Source of the DNA: Promethearchaeia archaeon
GTDB lineage: Archaea > Asgardarchaeota > Lokiarchaeia > Sigyniarchaeales > SOKP01
Direction of reading: 5' to 3'
Length of the DNA stretch: 40,026 bases
Assembly (NCBI GenBank): GCA_029856125.1
Contig: JAHQWJ010000049.1
Location: forward strand, 1-40,026
The position numbers and the translations under genes are program-made. Of this stretch, positions 28,104-39,027 are shown piece by piece (within the stretch, counting starts at the first letter, position 1; every line of letters starts with the position of its first letter). The notes below the pieces were generated by a model. It was not told the DNA's origin. It did not search any database and was given only the letters and a program-made list of their open reading frames with translations.

Positions 28104-31100
28104 ATGCCCATTTTACCTGCATCTGATCCTCTTGAGATTAATTGGACTACCTCGACTTGGGGCGCAGATAACGTTCCTGACAAGTTTGAGTCTTATTACA
28201 TTAGAGGAGACGGATACGAAGAAAGGGGTAGTAATTTTGACAAAACTATCGAAATTAAGATCTCCAACCGATTTAGTTTATATCACGATTATTTAAAGAC
28301 CGATTACTCTCAGAGATACGACGGAGGTAGCACGATCTTTAAAGTTGAAGGCGTTTTTGTAACTCCTCCCGACGGACAAGTGTTTTACACTTCCGATAGA
28401 ACAGCGTTCATGAGCTCCGAAGCTAAAACTTCCGGTCATTATCTCTTCTACGATAGCGATCAGAACGGATTTTACGAAACGGTGTTCGTGTTAAGTCCCG
28501 ATCAAGACGCCGACGGACAATATAACGTAATCTCTATCGGCTACAACTACGATGGAAAGCACGGTTTTATCCCTTACCAAATAATTGAAGAAACCACGCA
28601 ATCAAGCACCTATTACCCGCTAGTTGCTAGTAGCGGAGTCCATCGTACTATGACGAAGACGATAGACAAAAAGTTCCCTGACGAGTTCACGAGCGATGTG
28701 CCCGCAAAAGACCACATTTTCGAAATCTCTAAATTAATTAAAAAATCAGACCAAGTTGAGATGATGCCAGAATTATTTTACGAAGTCTACGAAAGACAAT
28801 ACGCAGACGCTTGGACAGATTACGGTTTAATAAAAGTAAGTTCTATCGTTGAACAAATCGCTATGACATTAACAGCGGGAACAGCTTCTGCCGCATTTAT
28901 TGCCGGCGTTGCTGCAGCATGGGCTCCATACGCAGCGCCATTAGTATTTGCCGGAGTATATTTCTTGTTATCATGGGTAAACAGCGAAGAAAAAGCAAAA
29001 ACTGCTAAAGCTCTGAATGACGCAAGAACTTACTATCCGAGCGATGGTGATTTCAGCGAACCTACGTCTTTAAGCAAAAAGACCGCGAGCGATAGGCTTT
29101 TTGACGATTCTTTAGCCGCATACAACCAAGGACATCCAGGTGCGTATTACGCCACCGTAATCGGAGGTGAACCGGGAAACATGTTCACGGGACAGATAAT
29201 GGTTACTCCTCCGAATTCCATGGGGGACATTAAAGCCCTAATTAGTTCCTACGAACATTATGTTAAAGATTACGAAATATACGCAAGCGGGTTAAACCGA
29301 GAAAATAGAGTTGGTGAAGTTTCAGAAGATCATTTAGATAATGTGTATAGCTGGTATTTAGAAGACGCTAGAAATTCGTTTGAAAACAATTTAGATTACT
29401 TTATTCTATCCAGCGACCTTCCTTCCTACAACGGAAAAGAGTTTTACTCGTTTAACGCTGGTATATCGGACTTCAGAGACGCTTTGATAAACTATTATCG
29501 ATACAACACTTTAGGGTATTTGGAAAACGAGATCGAGGGCGTATCAGGGGGAGAATTCAACGCAATCAGACCGATGAACATTAATGGAATTCCACAATAT
29601 AGATACGTAAGCACGAAAGACGACATTATCAGCACCACCCAACCCTTATCTCCGTTATATGGCCCAATAGTCGTCAGCCAAGATACATACGACTCGCTCG
29701 AGGTTGAGGACGCTAAAATATCGGTGAAAACTCAAGTTGCTTACTCAGAAAGCTCCGAGGGTATCGACACCACCGCTTTAGATTTGTTAGAACTTACAAA
29801 ATATAAAGCTAAGATTCCACTTTCTGAAAGGAAATTTGCTTACGATGTAAGTTTAGTTACGGTTGACGTGGTAAAGATTGTAATGGTCAAAGTTTATGAA
29901 TCTAATTATTTCCACGATTATTGGTATTGGGAAAAAACTTACGAACTGCTTGATTCGTATTCCTTAGAATTATCTCCTGACGATTATTGTCTTGAAGGAG
30001 GTAATTTATATTTCTTCGAAACGCTCGAAGAACTAACGTTTGGCTCTCGAGAAAATTTCGATTCCATATGGGACGGAGAAGACGCTTTATTATTTAACGT
30101 TAACATTAACTTCCCTATTATAATACCTGACACCTTAACTGACGTTATAACCTATACCACTGGTTCTGATATAGGTAGAATAAATACATTTTTAGATTCA
30201 GGAGAATTTGTAAACGCAGAAATAATGGTTCTCGATACAACTACTAACGATTTTGCAAAAAACGCTTTAGCGCAGACCACTCAACACGCAATAAACGATT
30301 ACTTCAATCTTTACACCGTAGCGGCTACCAACGCCCTATCACAAGCAGAGCTCGATTTTACCATAGAGATTACGTTCTGGTCTACTTTAATTTCGTCCGC
30401 AATTCTTCTACCGGGTTCGATCGCAGCACAGGCGTCGAGAATGCCACTAGCAGGTCTCGCAGCTCAACTTCCGAAGCTCGTGGCAAAACAATTGATAGCG
30501 CTCAGTACAGCTCCGATAGCGGAAATAATAGAAGAAGTATACGTCGATTCCTTTATCGAAGCGTGGATAGAAGGTCAAATTGCTATTCTCGGCGGGGACG
30601 AACAACTCGCACGATTCCTTTCGATGCTCGTAACTTCCTTAAGAGAAGCCTCGAACACTGGAATAGACATAGTAGTGGGCGCGTTTAGTTCAGACACCTC
30701 GTCCGATATAGCCACACAAAGAGCAGATTTAATTCAAGACACTAAACTCTCTTGGAAATCTTTGGTAAGCCCCGAAATTGTGGTCGGAGTTTCGCTGGCA
30801 GCCCTCAGTTTTGCGTCCGGCAACGCAGCTTTCGGAACAGGTTTCCTTGGCGGCGTTTTTACTGACACGCTCGGAATTCCCGTTGAGGAATATATTAATA
30901 TTCATACCGCTAAACAACAACTCCTCAAAGTAGATAATCAAATAACAGATATTAAATCTGAAGCGGTAAAAGCTTTAGACTTTATTTCGCAAAGGTACAC
31001 TCAACCAATCAACGTTCCAGCTACGATTAGATCTAGTACAATTGTAGATGTAGTAGCTCATACTCAAGCGTTATCTACTTATTCCTCTGTAATGAACGAG

Positions 31101-34100
31101 TTTTACGAAGAGACCTTACAAAATCAATTTTTAACAAAAGAAACTCAAGAAGAAAAACTCAAATTAATTGAATTTAAACAAGAATCATTAGGTGAATTAG
31201 AAAATACTAAAGATGTTCAGAATTCGATCGAGAGTCAAGTGCAAGATAGTCTTGGACTTGAACCTGTTGTTGCAGATTTTAGTAATGCCCCTGAAATCAT
31301 AAATAAGGTTTTAGCAGAATTATATGATCCTCGTATCAGGGTGCTGGGTAAAGGTTACGACATTGATTTTTTAAGACTGGATATTCCAAGCATTCTGGAG
31401 GTCGGAAATGCTGAAGCCTGGCTCAAAGATGAATTTAATCTAAAAAACAAGGTTAAATTATACTACGGTCGGGACGATTTAGCTACGTTAGTATTCAAGT
31501 ACATTGCTGATGATCCAAAGCGCGCAAATAAGCCTATAACACTTTCTGCTCTTTTAACATGGCTCGATTATAGCTTGAGCGAAGAACTATATATTGTCGA
31601 AGTTGACAGTTCTGGGGATAGGATTCAAGATTCAGATGAGATTGATCCTGCTACCGGAGTGAAGTTTGGCCCAGTTATTGCCAAATCACTGTCAGCAGCT
31701 AAATGGAGGATAACTCAGCAACATGGTAATTCCCAGATAACAGGCAAAGATAGTAATATTAAGACAAGATTTCCCGGCTATTGGGAAATTAGAATAATGT
31801 GGAGCTCCTATTATTCTGGCGGTTTTAATTTCGATCAAATGGGATACACTCTTGAAGATATTAAAGCGTTGGACGATCTTTACAATGAGCTAATTCACCC
31901 TTTAAGTGTTAGCTTTTTGAAAGGAAATGGATTATATGAAGACAATTTACCCTTCGATATTGAAAATTTCAAAGATCAGTTTAAAGAAATTTTTTACGAC
32001 TTAAAATTCTTAGCAGAAGAAGTTACTGATAAGATAACTACGAGCGGAGATAAAGACGAGGACGAGCGAAGACTTGCTGAGTGGAAAGAGTTAATAGAAG
32101 CTACTTATAGAATTGTATGCGAACCAGCATTTTCTGGAACAACTTCATCAGACTTCTTTAAGATTGTCATGGAACGGATCAGATTTACAGTATTAGATAC
32201 GGTTATGAGGAGTAAAATTCTCGTAGATAAAAGCTCCTCCAGTGGCGGTCCTAGTGTTTACGAAGTAGCAACTAAGATAAGAAGTTTTTTAAACAATAAA
32301 CAAAAGGTAGGAGACGTAAACGCAGACGTTTTAAGTGCCAATGGAAGAATGGCTTTCTTTACTTTCTTCAGCGAAGCTTTTTTTGATGACTCTCAGGGTA
32401 AGAAATTAAAAATTTCTACAGAACTAAGGAGGGTAGTAGGAAGAGACCAAGAGGCTTCAGACTATTTTGGGGATTTAATACAAAGATATGTTGATACATT
32501 TGTTTCAAGCGGTTTTTCATTTGTTGGTTTTATAGACGCATTTAACTACGGTCTCGGGGATGTTCTTGGAGGTAATGAATTTCTTGGCGGTCAAATGTCT
32601 GAAATCGAGAACTCTATGCTAGGAATTGACATCTCTGAAATCTCTAAATGGGCTCCTTCAGATCGACGGTTTTTTGATAACTTAGTAGCAATCTTTTTAA
32701 ATGCTTACTTAGCCAACCCGACTAAAGGAACTATGGATCCTAAAGGGATATCTGGTTCCCAAAGAGGTGAAGCTTCTAATGATTGGATCTCCGGTCAATT
32801 TATGACTGTGTTACTTGAAATGTCAAAAGTTGATGCTAAAATTCGCGATATATTACCTTATCTAATTACTGTCGCCGCTCCCTCAAACAATCCTACTTCG
32901 ACGTTAAAATCATTAATGAATTACGTGGCCAAAAAGGGGAGTTTCGACATGTTTAGGAACGGAAAAGAAGGTGCAAAACTAAAAATGCCTTCCAAATATA
33001 CTTTTCTTTTTGAATTTGCAAATTATTTAAATGCTGAAATAGACCTAACAAGCGTTGTTGATGGAGATTTAAACACCGCCGTACAAAGAGTCCAAGATTA
33101 TATAAATAATAACGAAGAGGAAATTACGAGGGAGATGAAAAAATTAGCTAAGGGAATCTATACTTCCCACGAGACTATCAAACCACAGTTTTACCAAGCT
33201 ATTGTTCAATTTTTTACGAGCGAAACTAAGCTAGAATCTTTGTTAAGGAGCCGTATAGATGGAGGTTACGATTTAGCCTTTAAAGATTTTGTAAATATGT
33301 TATTTAAACAAGATGTCGACGGAACTACTAGACAATTAACTCCCGCAATCCTTCCTTCCGATATTGAGATTTGGGACGGCGATAAATGGATCGCTCTTCC
33401 TTACGAATACAAGTTCGATTCTGCTCACGTAATGGTACACTACAGGGGTAGTTCTGGTGAAATTAAGAACGGTATTTTGAAAGTCGATACAATTAGTACT
33501 ACGTTGCCTGATGGCGTTTACGAGGGGTATTACGACCGTACTAGAAAAACTAATAATGTTTATCATAACATTTATTTGTGCGATTCCAACGGAAAACAAC
33601 TCTTTAGCGAGGTAAAACTTCGTCTCGAAACAGGAAAAAAGACTAAATTCGAAGTGAGGAGGAAAGTGGATAAGCATGAATGGTACGAGCAATTTGTAGA
33701 TCAAGTGTCAAAAAATCCAATCAAATCATTCTATATTTCCTTTGGTATTTCTTCCGGAAATCAATTTACTTTCTTTTTACAAGACACAGTATTGTCTATG
33801 AGCGCCAACTCCAAAAGTTATGAGCGATACCTAGTCGATCTTAAATTTAAGGAGAGGTCTAAGGTAACTTCTGAAGGACCTCTTTTAGGTTTAAATATTC
33901 AAGAAGATCTTTACTTTAGAATAAACTCTATACTCGGTTTTCTATATCAATTGGAACAATTTAGCCAGACGGGAGAAGATATTTTTATATCTGAAAGAAT
34001 GGTTCAATTAGAAGGTAAATTAGCTCCCTCTGGAGAGCAATTCTCATTCGATTATTATCAGAAGGTTTTAACGGAATTATCTCCAAGTAACATTGACTTA

Positions 34101-35789
34101 AAGAATTTAGATATCTCAGATACAAAAATTTACTATGAAACATTGTTAAAGATTTTAAAGAATGCGATAGGGAATGAGTTTTTCAAAGATTACAAATCTC
34201 TTAAGCTCATAGAAGGAAAAGAATTTTCATCTGGTGTTGAATTAGTTGTTGATAGTCAAAATGACGATCTTATGCTAATTGTAAAAGTTAACCAAGTATT
34301 GAAAGAGATTATGGGATTCTCAGGGAGCATACTGTTTAAGTTAGGATTTCTAAATTTCGAAAAGTTAGCCACCAATTCTTATGTAGTGAAAGCTATGGGG
34401 CAAACCTACGACAACTTTCTCAAATTTATGAGAAGAGCTAACATTGAATCTATATTCACTCCTACTTCTTATTCTACAATACAAGAACTTATTTCATCCA
34501 TAATGTTTGTGGGTTATAAGGAGACCATTAAGATCAAAAAGGATGGATCTCCCGAATTCAGAGTTATTAATTACGAGCAAAGAACTTCAATCTTATCTGA
34601 TTTATACGACAAAGATATAGTTTTGACATCTCTGGATAACAAATATATAATGATTAATAATTTTCTGGATACTTTTTACGCCGAATACAAAAGGGAAGCC
34701 GATTTATCTCAAATTGGTCGAGCTCTATCAATAGTTTTAGATTCACAATTTAGCGACCAGACAACTGATCAACTAATTAGATTGGGTATGGATCCTCGGC
34801 ATGTAAATTCATTCCGAACAATGGCTTACAACTGTCTGAATAAATACTTATTCTCCGCTGCAGACTATGGAGGAGATCCCCAACAAGATTATGCAGTCAG
34901 GTTTAGAGAAAAGCTTTCAGAATTTATTAGCACTGAGGGCATTTCTGTCAAATTAAATTTACAAGCGTTAAGGGTGCCATTGGCAGATTATTTAAGAGCA
35001 TACCCTATTCCGGGTTTGACTTTAGAGATGTTATTTGACATATTTGCTACCATAAATTTAGATAAATCCGATTACGATAATCTCTTCAAACAGTTTGAAG
35101 GTTATAAGGTTACAAAACACATATTAGCAACCGGAGATAAAGGTTGGAGACATCAGCCTGACTATATTTTTAGAACACGGATTGATCACATTATAAGCCT
35201 TGCTAACTTTTTTGCTTACATGGCAAAGACTTATGGAGGGACGAACCAAAAAGTCAGGATTTATGGTTATTCTTTGAAGAGGGAAGGACTTGGTTACAAG
35301 ACATCCAACGTAAACGCGTATTTCCCTAAAATCAACGCTCAAATTCAAGATCCGAACATGCCAAAAAATAATTTACAATACTTCGAACTTGACTTTAACA
35401 ATTTAGATCAGTTTGATTTTATATTGTTTTTAGGGTCGTTCTTAGCAGATGAGCAAACCTTCGTGGTTAAAACAAATGGAATGGAGGGAAACGAGTTTTT
35501 ATTTGCTTTTAATGCCGTAAGCGGAGCTATAGATATTGGAGACATTTATCCAAGCCTTCGGAGCGACGAAGTAAAACCTTGTTCTATGGATGATTTCAAC
35601 GCTGGTCTTAAATGGTCAGACGATATCGCACACAACGATTTAGAAACCCTTTTCAATTCTATAATGAACGCATTTAAGCAAGATAACTTCGTAACTGTGC
35701 ATAGGTATAATGAGATTGAAGTCTGGAGAGAATATTGCGAGAAAGTATCCGCGTTAAAAGATTTCTCTACCCTCGTAAATACTCAGTAA
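28104..35789 (+). CDS. Giant hypothetical protein (at least 2561 aa); frame open from 27867, possibly 5'-truncated
   Basis: 7.7-kb stop-free frame. DxDxNG/DxDxDG motifs (YDSDQNG, DQDADG) and three hydrophobic Ala/Gly-rich segments. Confidence 0.9.
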   Translation: MPILPASDPLEINWTTSTWGADNVPDKFESYYIRGDGYEERGSNFDKTIEIKISNRFSLYHDYLKTDYSQRYDGGSTIFKVEGVFVTPPDGQVFYTSDRTAFMSSEAKTSGHYLFYDSDQNGFYETVFVLSPDQDADGQYNVISIGYNYDGKHGFIPYQIIEETTQSSTYYPLVASSGVHRTMTKTIDKKFPDEFTSDVPAKDHIFEISKLIKKSDQVEMMPELFYEVYERQYADAWTDYGLIKVSSIVEQIAMTLTAGTASAAFIAGVAAAWAPYAAPLVFAGVYFLLSWVNSEEKAKTAKALNDARTYYPSDGDFSEPTSLSKKTASDRLFDDSLAAYNQGHPGAYYATVIGGEPGNMFTGQIMVTPPNSMGDIKALISSYEHYVKDYEIYASGLNRENRVGEVSEDHLDNVYSWYLEDARNSFENNLDYFILSSDLPSYNGKEFYSFNAGISDFRDALINYYRYNTLGYLENEIEGVSGGEFNAIRPMNINGIPQYRYVSTKDDIISTTQPLSPLYGPIVVSQDTYDSLEVEDAKISVKTQVAYSESSEGIDTTALDLLELTKYKAKIPLSERKFAYDVSLVTVDVVKIVMVKVYESNYFHDYWYWEKTYELLDSYSLELSPDDYCLEGGNLYFFETLEELTFGSRENFDSIWDGEDALLFNVNINFPIIIPDTLTDVITYTTGSDIGRINTFLDSGEFVNAEIMVLDTTTNDFAKNALAQTTQHAINDYFNLYTVAATNALSQAELDFTIEITFWSTLISSAILLPGSIAAQASRMPLAGLAAQLPKLVAKQLIALSTAPIAEIIEEVYVDSFIEAWIEGQIAILGGDEQLARFLSMLVTSLREASNTGIDIVVGAFSSDTSSDIATQRADLIQDTKLSWKSLVSPEIVVGVSLAALSFASGNAAFGTGFLGGVFTDTLGIPVEEYINIHTAKQQLLKVDNQITDIKSEAVKALDFISQRYTQPINVPATIRSSTIVDVVAHTQALSTYSSVMNEFYEETLQNQFLTKETQEEKLKLIEFKQESLGELENTKDVQNSIESQVQDSLGLEPVVADFSNAPEIINKVLAELYDPRIRVLGKGYDIDFLRLDIPSILEVGNAEAWLKDEFNLKNKVKLYYGRDDLATLVFKYIADDPKRANKPITLSALLTWLDYSLSEELYIVEVDSSGDRIQDSDEIDPATGVKFGPVIAKSLSAAKWRITQQHGNSQITGKDSNIKTRFPGYWEIRIMWSSYYSGGFNFDQMGYTLEDIKALDDLYNELIHPLSVSFLKGNGLYEDNLPFDIENFKDQFKEIFYDLKFLAEEVTDKITTSGDKDEDERRLAEWKELIEATYRIVCEPAFSGTTSSDFFKIVMERIRFTVLDTVMRSKILVDKSSSSGGPSVYEVATKIRSFLNNKQKVGDVNADVLSANGRMAFFTFFSEAFFDDSQGKKLKISTELRRVVGRDQEASDYFGDLIQRYVDTFVSSGFSFVGFIDAFNYGLGDVLGGNEFLGGQMSEIENSMLGIDISEISKWAPSDRRFFDNLVAIFLNAYLANPTKGTMDPKGISGSQRGEASNDWISGQFMTVLLEMSKVDAKIRDILPYLITVAAPSNNPTSTLKSLMNYVAKKGSFDMFRNGKEGAKLKMPSKYTFLFEFANYLNAEIDLTSVVDGDLNTAVQRVQDYINNNEEEITREMKKLAKGIYTSHETIKPQFYQAIVQFFTSETKLESLLRSRIDGGYDLAFKDFVNMLFKQDVDGTTRQLTPAILPSDIEIWDGDKWIALPYEYKFDSAHVMVHYRGSSGEIKNGILKVDTISTTLPDGVYEGYYDRTRKTNNVYHNIYLCDSNGKQLFSEVKLRLETGKKTKFEVRRKVDKHEWYEQFVDQVSKNPIKSFYISFGISSGNQFTFFLQDTVLSMSANSKSYERYLVDLKFKERSKVTSEGPLLGLNIQEDLYFRINSILGFLYQLEQFSQTGEDIFISERMVQLEGKLAPSGEQFSFDYYQKVLTELSPSNIDLKNLDISDTKIYYETLLKILKNAIGNEFFKDYKSLKLIEGKEFSSGVELVVDSQNDDLMLIVKVNQVLKEIMGFSGSILFKLGFLNFEKLATNSYVVKAMGQTYDNFLKFMRRANIESIFTPTSYSTIQELISSIMFVGYKETIKIKKDGSPEFRVINYEQRTSILSDLYDKDIVLTSLDNKYIMINNFLDTFYAEYKREADLSQIGRALSIVLDSQFSDQTTDQLIRLGMDPRHVNSFRTMAYNCLNKYLFSAADYGGDPQQDYAVRFREKLSEFISTEGISVKLNLQALRVPLADYLRAYPIPGLTLEMLFDIFATINLDKSDYDNLFKQFEGYKVTKHILATGDKGWRHQPDYIFRTRIDHIISLANFFAYMAKTYGGTNQKVRIYGYSLKREGLGYKTSNVNAYFPKINAQIQDPNMPKNNLQYFELDFNNLDQFDFILFLGSFLADEQTFVVKTNGMEGNEFLFAFNAVSGAIDIGDIYPSLRSDEVKPCSMDDFNAGLKWSDDIAHNDLETLFNSIMNAFKQDNFVTVHRYNEIEVWREYCEKVSALKDFSTLVNTQ

Positions 35790-35903
35790 AATTCTAAAAT
35801 GTTGCAAATTTCAATTTTTTTTTAAGCTTTTAAATTAGTAATTCATAGCGGTACGAAAATTAATAAGAATAAGTTTCCATTCTTAATTCGAGAACTAAGG
35901 ATA

Positions 35904-36494
35904 GTGGTAATTGTGAAAGATAAAGTGAAATTGGATTGGCTTCCTTTGGATAGCGAGATTTCATTGGAAGGAGGAGAAAACGAAGAAGGGGCGGATTTTA
36001 TGTACAATCACGAATTTAACAAGAGAATGAGAGAACTCCATGCCACTTACGATCTTCGGGGAATTATGACCTATGAATCCAAAGATAGTGAAAAACCTAT
36101 AATTATGGGGGATGTAGAAGCGTTTCGCTACGGTTTTACGTATCCTGAGAGCGAGTTTCGCAACTTTACTAAGAGCACGCTCACCAAAATTTTGAATAAT
36201 TTCGTTGGATTCTCTAGTTTAGCCGATGTTCCTGTAGCAAAGAGTATAGTTGATAACCCAACCAATATAGTCTTTAGTTATAACGAACTTGTTCATAGCA
36301 CCGTAATGTTTTTAACGCAGCTTTTTGACTTAGAAGACGTTAGAGCGCAGGTTAAGGCTTACTTAACAAATCCTCACACATTTAAAACAAGGGGATTAAT
36401 ACCTGCTTTAGAATATTTGCTCACTAATGAGCCTCGTATCACTGAATCGGAGAAGAGTGTGATCTCAGAGTTGTTAAATTTTTTACAAGAATAA
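35904..36494 (+). CDS. Hypothetical protein
   Basis: 196-aa ORF directly after the giant ORF, with an AGGA SD-like element upstream. Confidence 0.75.
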   Translation: MVIVKDKVKLDWLPLDSEISLEGGENEEGADFMYNHEFNKRMRELHATYDLRGIMTYESKDSEKPIIMGDVEAFRYGFTYPESEFRNFTKSTLTKILNNFVGFSSLADVPVAKSIVDNPTNIVFSYNELVHSTVMFLTQLFDLEDVRAQVKAYLTNPHTFKTRGLIPALEYLLTNEPRITESEKSVISELLNFLQE

Positions 36495-36585
36495 TTTTAT
36501 TCTTTCATTTTTGGGGCATTGGGAATATGCTTATATTTTTAATTAGTGTTAATTAGACATTAGTTAGACTGATATTGTACAAATT

Positions 36586-39027
36586 TTGGAAGTTAAAATC
36601 ATGGCTGAATTCATGGTTAACAGGCATATCACGCTAAAGTTAGAAGGCCATAGTACCAACATCTATATAAATGGAATGGAATTTATGCAATGCAAAAGGT
36701 TAGTTCTTAACATTCCTATAAAAGGTATAAGATTATACGACGACATTGATTCTATCGACGAGGCTTCTGAGTATTACGACCACTACCTTTTAGAACACGA
36801 AATTCACGAAGAGAGGGACGGACGATTAATAGAGAAATATTACGATCACCAATACGAGATTTCGTACGAAGCGGAATTCTGGGCTCATTGTAGCAATCTT
36901 CAAACTTGGAGTGAACACGGATACGACACGCGAATTCTGAAGACGGATTTAGCCTTTCCTTTACTAAAAAGATTGACTGAAGTCGGAGATTCGCTAGCAA
37001 AAAAAGCGTTTAAAGAAGAAATCGCTAAAAAGATAGAAACGGGGTATGCTCCTGTCATAATATATTTGATCAAAGAGAAGTATCTTAATTATCTGGAAGA
37101 CGAAGAACTAAAAAGCGTGGTTAACGATCCTACAAAAAATATCGTAACATTCATTCTCAAATCCCTAACTTCCTCTAACAATGAAACACAAAACGCAGCT
37201 CTCACACTAAGTAGATATTTAAACGAACACCTACAACAAAAAATCGTATCGTTTTTACTTAATCATGGAGATATAATCAAAAAATCGCGTTATCTAAAAA
37301 GCGACGAAATGAGACCAATTTTTCGTCAAATTGTGATTGAAGAATTCAGGTCAAAAAAATTCAACACAATAAAAAAAGGGGCTGCGCTATTTTGGTTAAA
37401 AATGTACATTGACGATTTCAAGAGTAGGGACGAAGAAGCCAAAGAGTTGATAAAAAGTTATGTCAAGGAAGTTTTTAGAATTGGTAGAAGAGAGGAGTTT
37501 TCGTCTTTAATTACAGGCAACTATCTCTCCGTACTAGCCAGCGAAGAATTACGCGTGTTAATCTCAACTTCGCAAAATTCTTTTATTAAAACTTGTATCG
37601 GTGTAATAAAATCTGAAACTTCGAGTAATAGAAAAATTCATTTAATGAAAAATATAATTAAGATACTTTTAAAAGCAAGAGATATAACTATTCTCGATCT
37701 CGTTGACACCCAATTACAAAAGAAAATCGAGTCTCCTAACTATTTTAGTGACCTTGAGCTAAAGATGTTTGAGGATGTTAACTTACTTCATGCTACTTTT
37801 CCAGAGAAAAGTGAAGATTTTTTGGGAAGCAACGCCCAAGAACTCGTTTCTTTATTGGAAGAAAAGATTGATACACGTTTTTTGACACTAGAGCTCTTAC
37901 AAGCAAAACTTGAGCTCATAGGCTCGGAAGTTATCAAACCAATTTTCAAAGTTTTATGTAGAACCAATAACCACGCTGATAGTTGGGATAGAAAGGACCA
38001 TTATTCTAGCGTGTTAATAAATAATATCGATTTTGAGCCATCTATAATAAAAGAAAAATTTTTCAACTACATTAAATCGCACCGTTTAACTTTGTCCGAA
38101 CACGAATATTTCTTTAAAGGCTTTGGACACACTAACCTTTCAAGAGAAGAATTTTGGGGCATCTTTGAATACGGCGAACATATAGTCGCCCTTGAAAAAA
38201 CTTTAGGGTTTATCGCGTGGCCTGAGAGTCAGACAAATTCCGAAGACGGTGTTAATGTAAGAGTTACTATCGAAAAAGATGTTATCACTAGGTTAAAAAT
38301 TTACGGACTAACCGAGTACGCCGATGTGGGACCGATGGTAACCTTACCTCAGTGTATTAAAGAAATTAAATCGCTTGAGGAATTAGATGTCGAAAGCTCT
38401 GGGATGTTCCATGTTCCTGAATGGATTGATCAATTACCCAATTTAAAAGTAATTAAGTTTGGGGGTAATGGTTTGCGCTCGATCCCTGAGACTATTGGAA
38501 ACCTTAAATTATTAAAAGTATTAGATTTGCAAGTTAGTCACATTCACAAGCTTCCCAAATCAATATGCAACCTTAAAAACTTAAAAAACTTAAATTTAGC
38601 GACTGCAAAACTCCAAAAACTACCTAAAGATATTGGGAACTTGAAGGACCTTAAAGTTTTAGATTTGCATGATAATAAGATAGCAGCACTTCCTAGTAAT
38701 ATTGGAAATTTACATAACTTAGAATATTTGGATTTATCTAGAAACCCTAATTGCTACGACATTCCCGATATGTTCGAACAATTAAGAGAGTTAAAAGTTT
38801 TAAGCCTAAGGGGTCTTAAATTCACACAAGTCCCCGAGACTATTAAACATTTGGCTAACCTTAAAAAACTTAGTTTAAGTTATTGTACTAACTTAACCGA
38901 AATACCCGAATGGATTTCTGAACTTACCAATCTTGAAGAACTAGATTTGCGTGGGACTAATTTAGCAAAAATTCCCGCATCAGTAAAAACTCTCGAAAAA
39001 ATTTTGAAGATATTAAGGCTGAATTGA
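36586..39027 (+). CDS. LRR protein with a Lokiarchaeia-type N-terminal domain (likely start ATG at 36601)
   Basis: N-terminal ITLKLE..TNIYI..F.QCK.L, EFWAHCSNLQ.W, DTR.L...LAFPLLKRL motifs. C-terminal 23-24-aa LRRs (IPETIGNLKLLKVLDL). Confidence 0.9.
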   Translation: MEVKIMAEFMVNRHITLKLEGHSTNIYINGMEFMQCKRLVLNIPIKGIRLYDDIDSIDEASEYYDHYLLEHEIHEERDGRLIEKYYDHQYEISYEAEFWAHCSNLQTWSEHGYDTRILKTDLAFPLLKRLTEVGDSLAKKAFKEEIAKKIETGYAPVIIYLIKEKYLNYLEDEELKSVVNDPTKNIVTFILKSLTSSNNETQNAALTLSRYLNEHLQQKIVSFLLNHGDIIKKSRYLKSDEMRPIFRQIVIEEFRSKKFNTIKKGAALFWLKMYIDDFKSRDEEAKELIKSYVKEVFRIGRREEFSSLITGNYLSVLASEELRVLISTSQNSFIKTCIGVIKSETSSNRKIHLMKNIIKILLKARDITILDLVDTQLQKKIESPNYFSDLELKMFEDVNLLHATFPEKSEDFLGSNAQELVSLLEEKIDTRFLTLELLQAKLELIGSEVIKPIFKVLCRTNNHADSWDRKDHYSSVLINNIDFEPSIIKEKFFNYIKSHRLTLSEHEYFFKGFGHTNLSREEFWGIFEYGEHIVALEKTLGFIAWPESQTNSEDGVNVRVTIEKDVITRLKIYGLTEYADVGPMVTLPQCIKEIKSLEELDVESSGMFHVPEWIDQLPNLKVIKFGGNGLRSIPETIGNLKLLKVLDLQVSHIHKLPKSICNLKNLKNLNLATAKLQKLPKDIGNLKDLKVLDLHDNKIAALPSNIGNLHNLEYLDLSRNPNCYDIPDMFEQLRELKVLSLRGLKFTQVPETIKHLANLKKLSLSYCTNLTEIPEWISELTNLEELDLRGTNLAKIPASVKTLEKILKILRLN

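Noticed and set aside
6092-37000. Short shadow ORFs in the track (6092, 6376, 8231, 9395, 10492, 12050, 13361, 19739, 21221, 25803, 26709, 27539, 30729, 33336, 35124, 36752)
   Set aside because: They overlap well-supported genes, mostly antisense, and show no motifs.
518-39027. Sec read-through at other TGA-terminated genes (ends at 1954, 7716, 9782, 14855, 20137, 24422, 39027)
   Set aside because: The proteins look complete, the TGA is not in a redox-motif context, and I noticed no SECIS-like hairpin downstream.
27867-39027. Provirus or transposon call for the giant-ORF block
   Set aside because: No integrase, transposase, capsid, terminase or terminal repeats are recognisable in the window.
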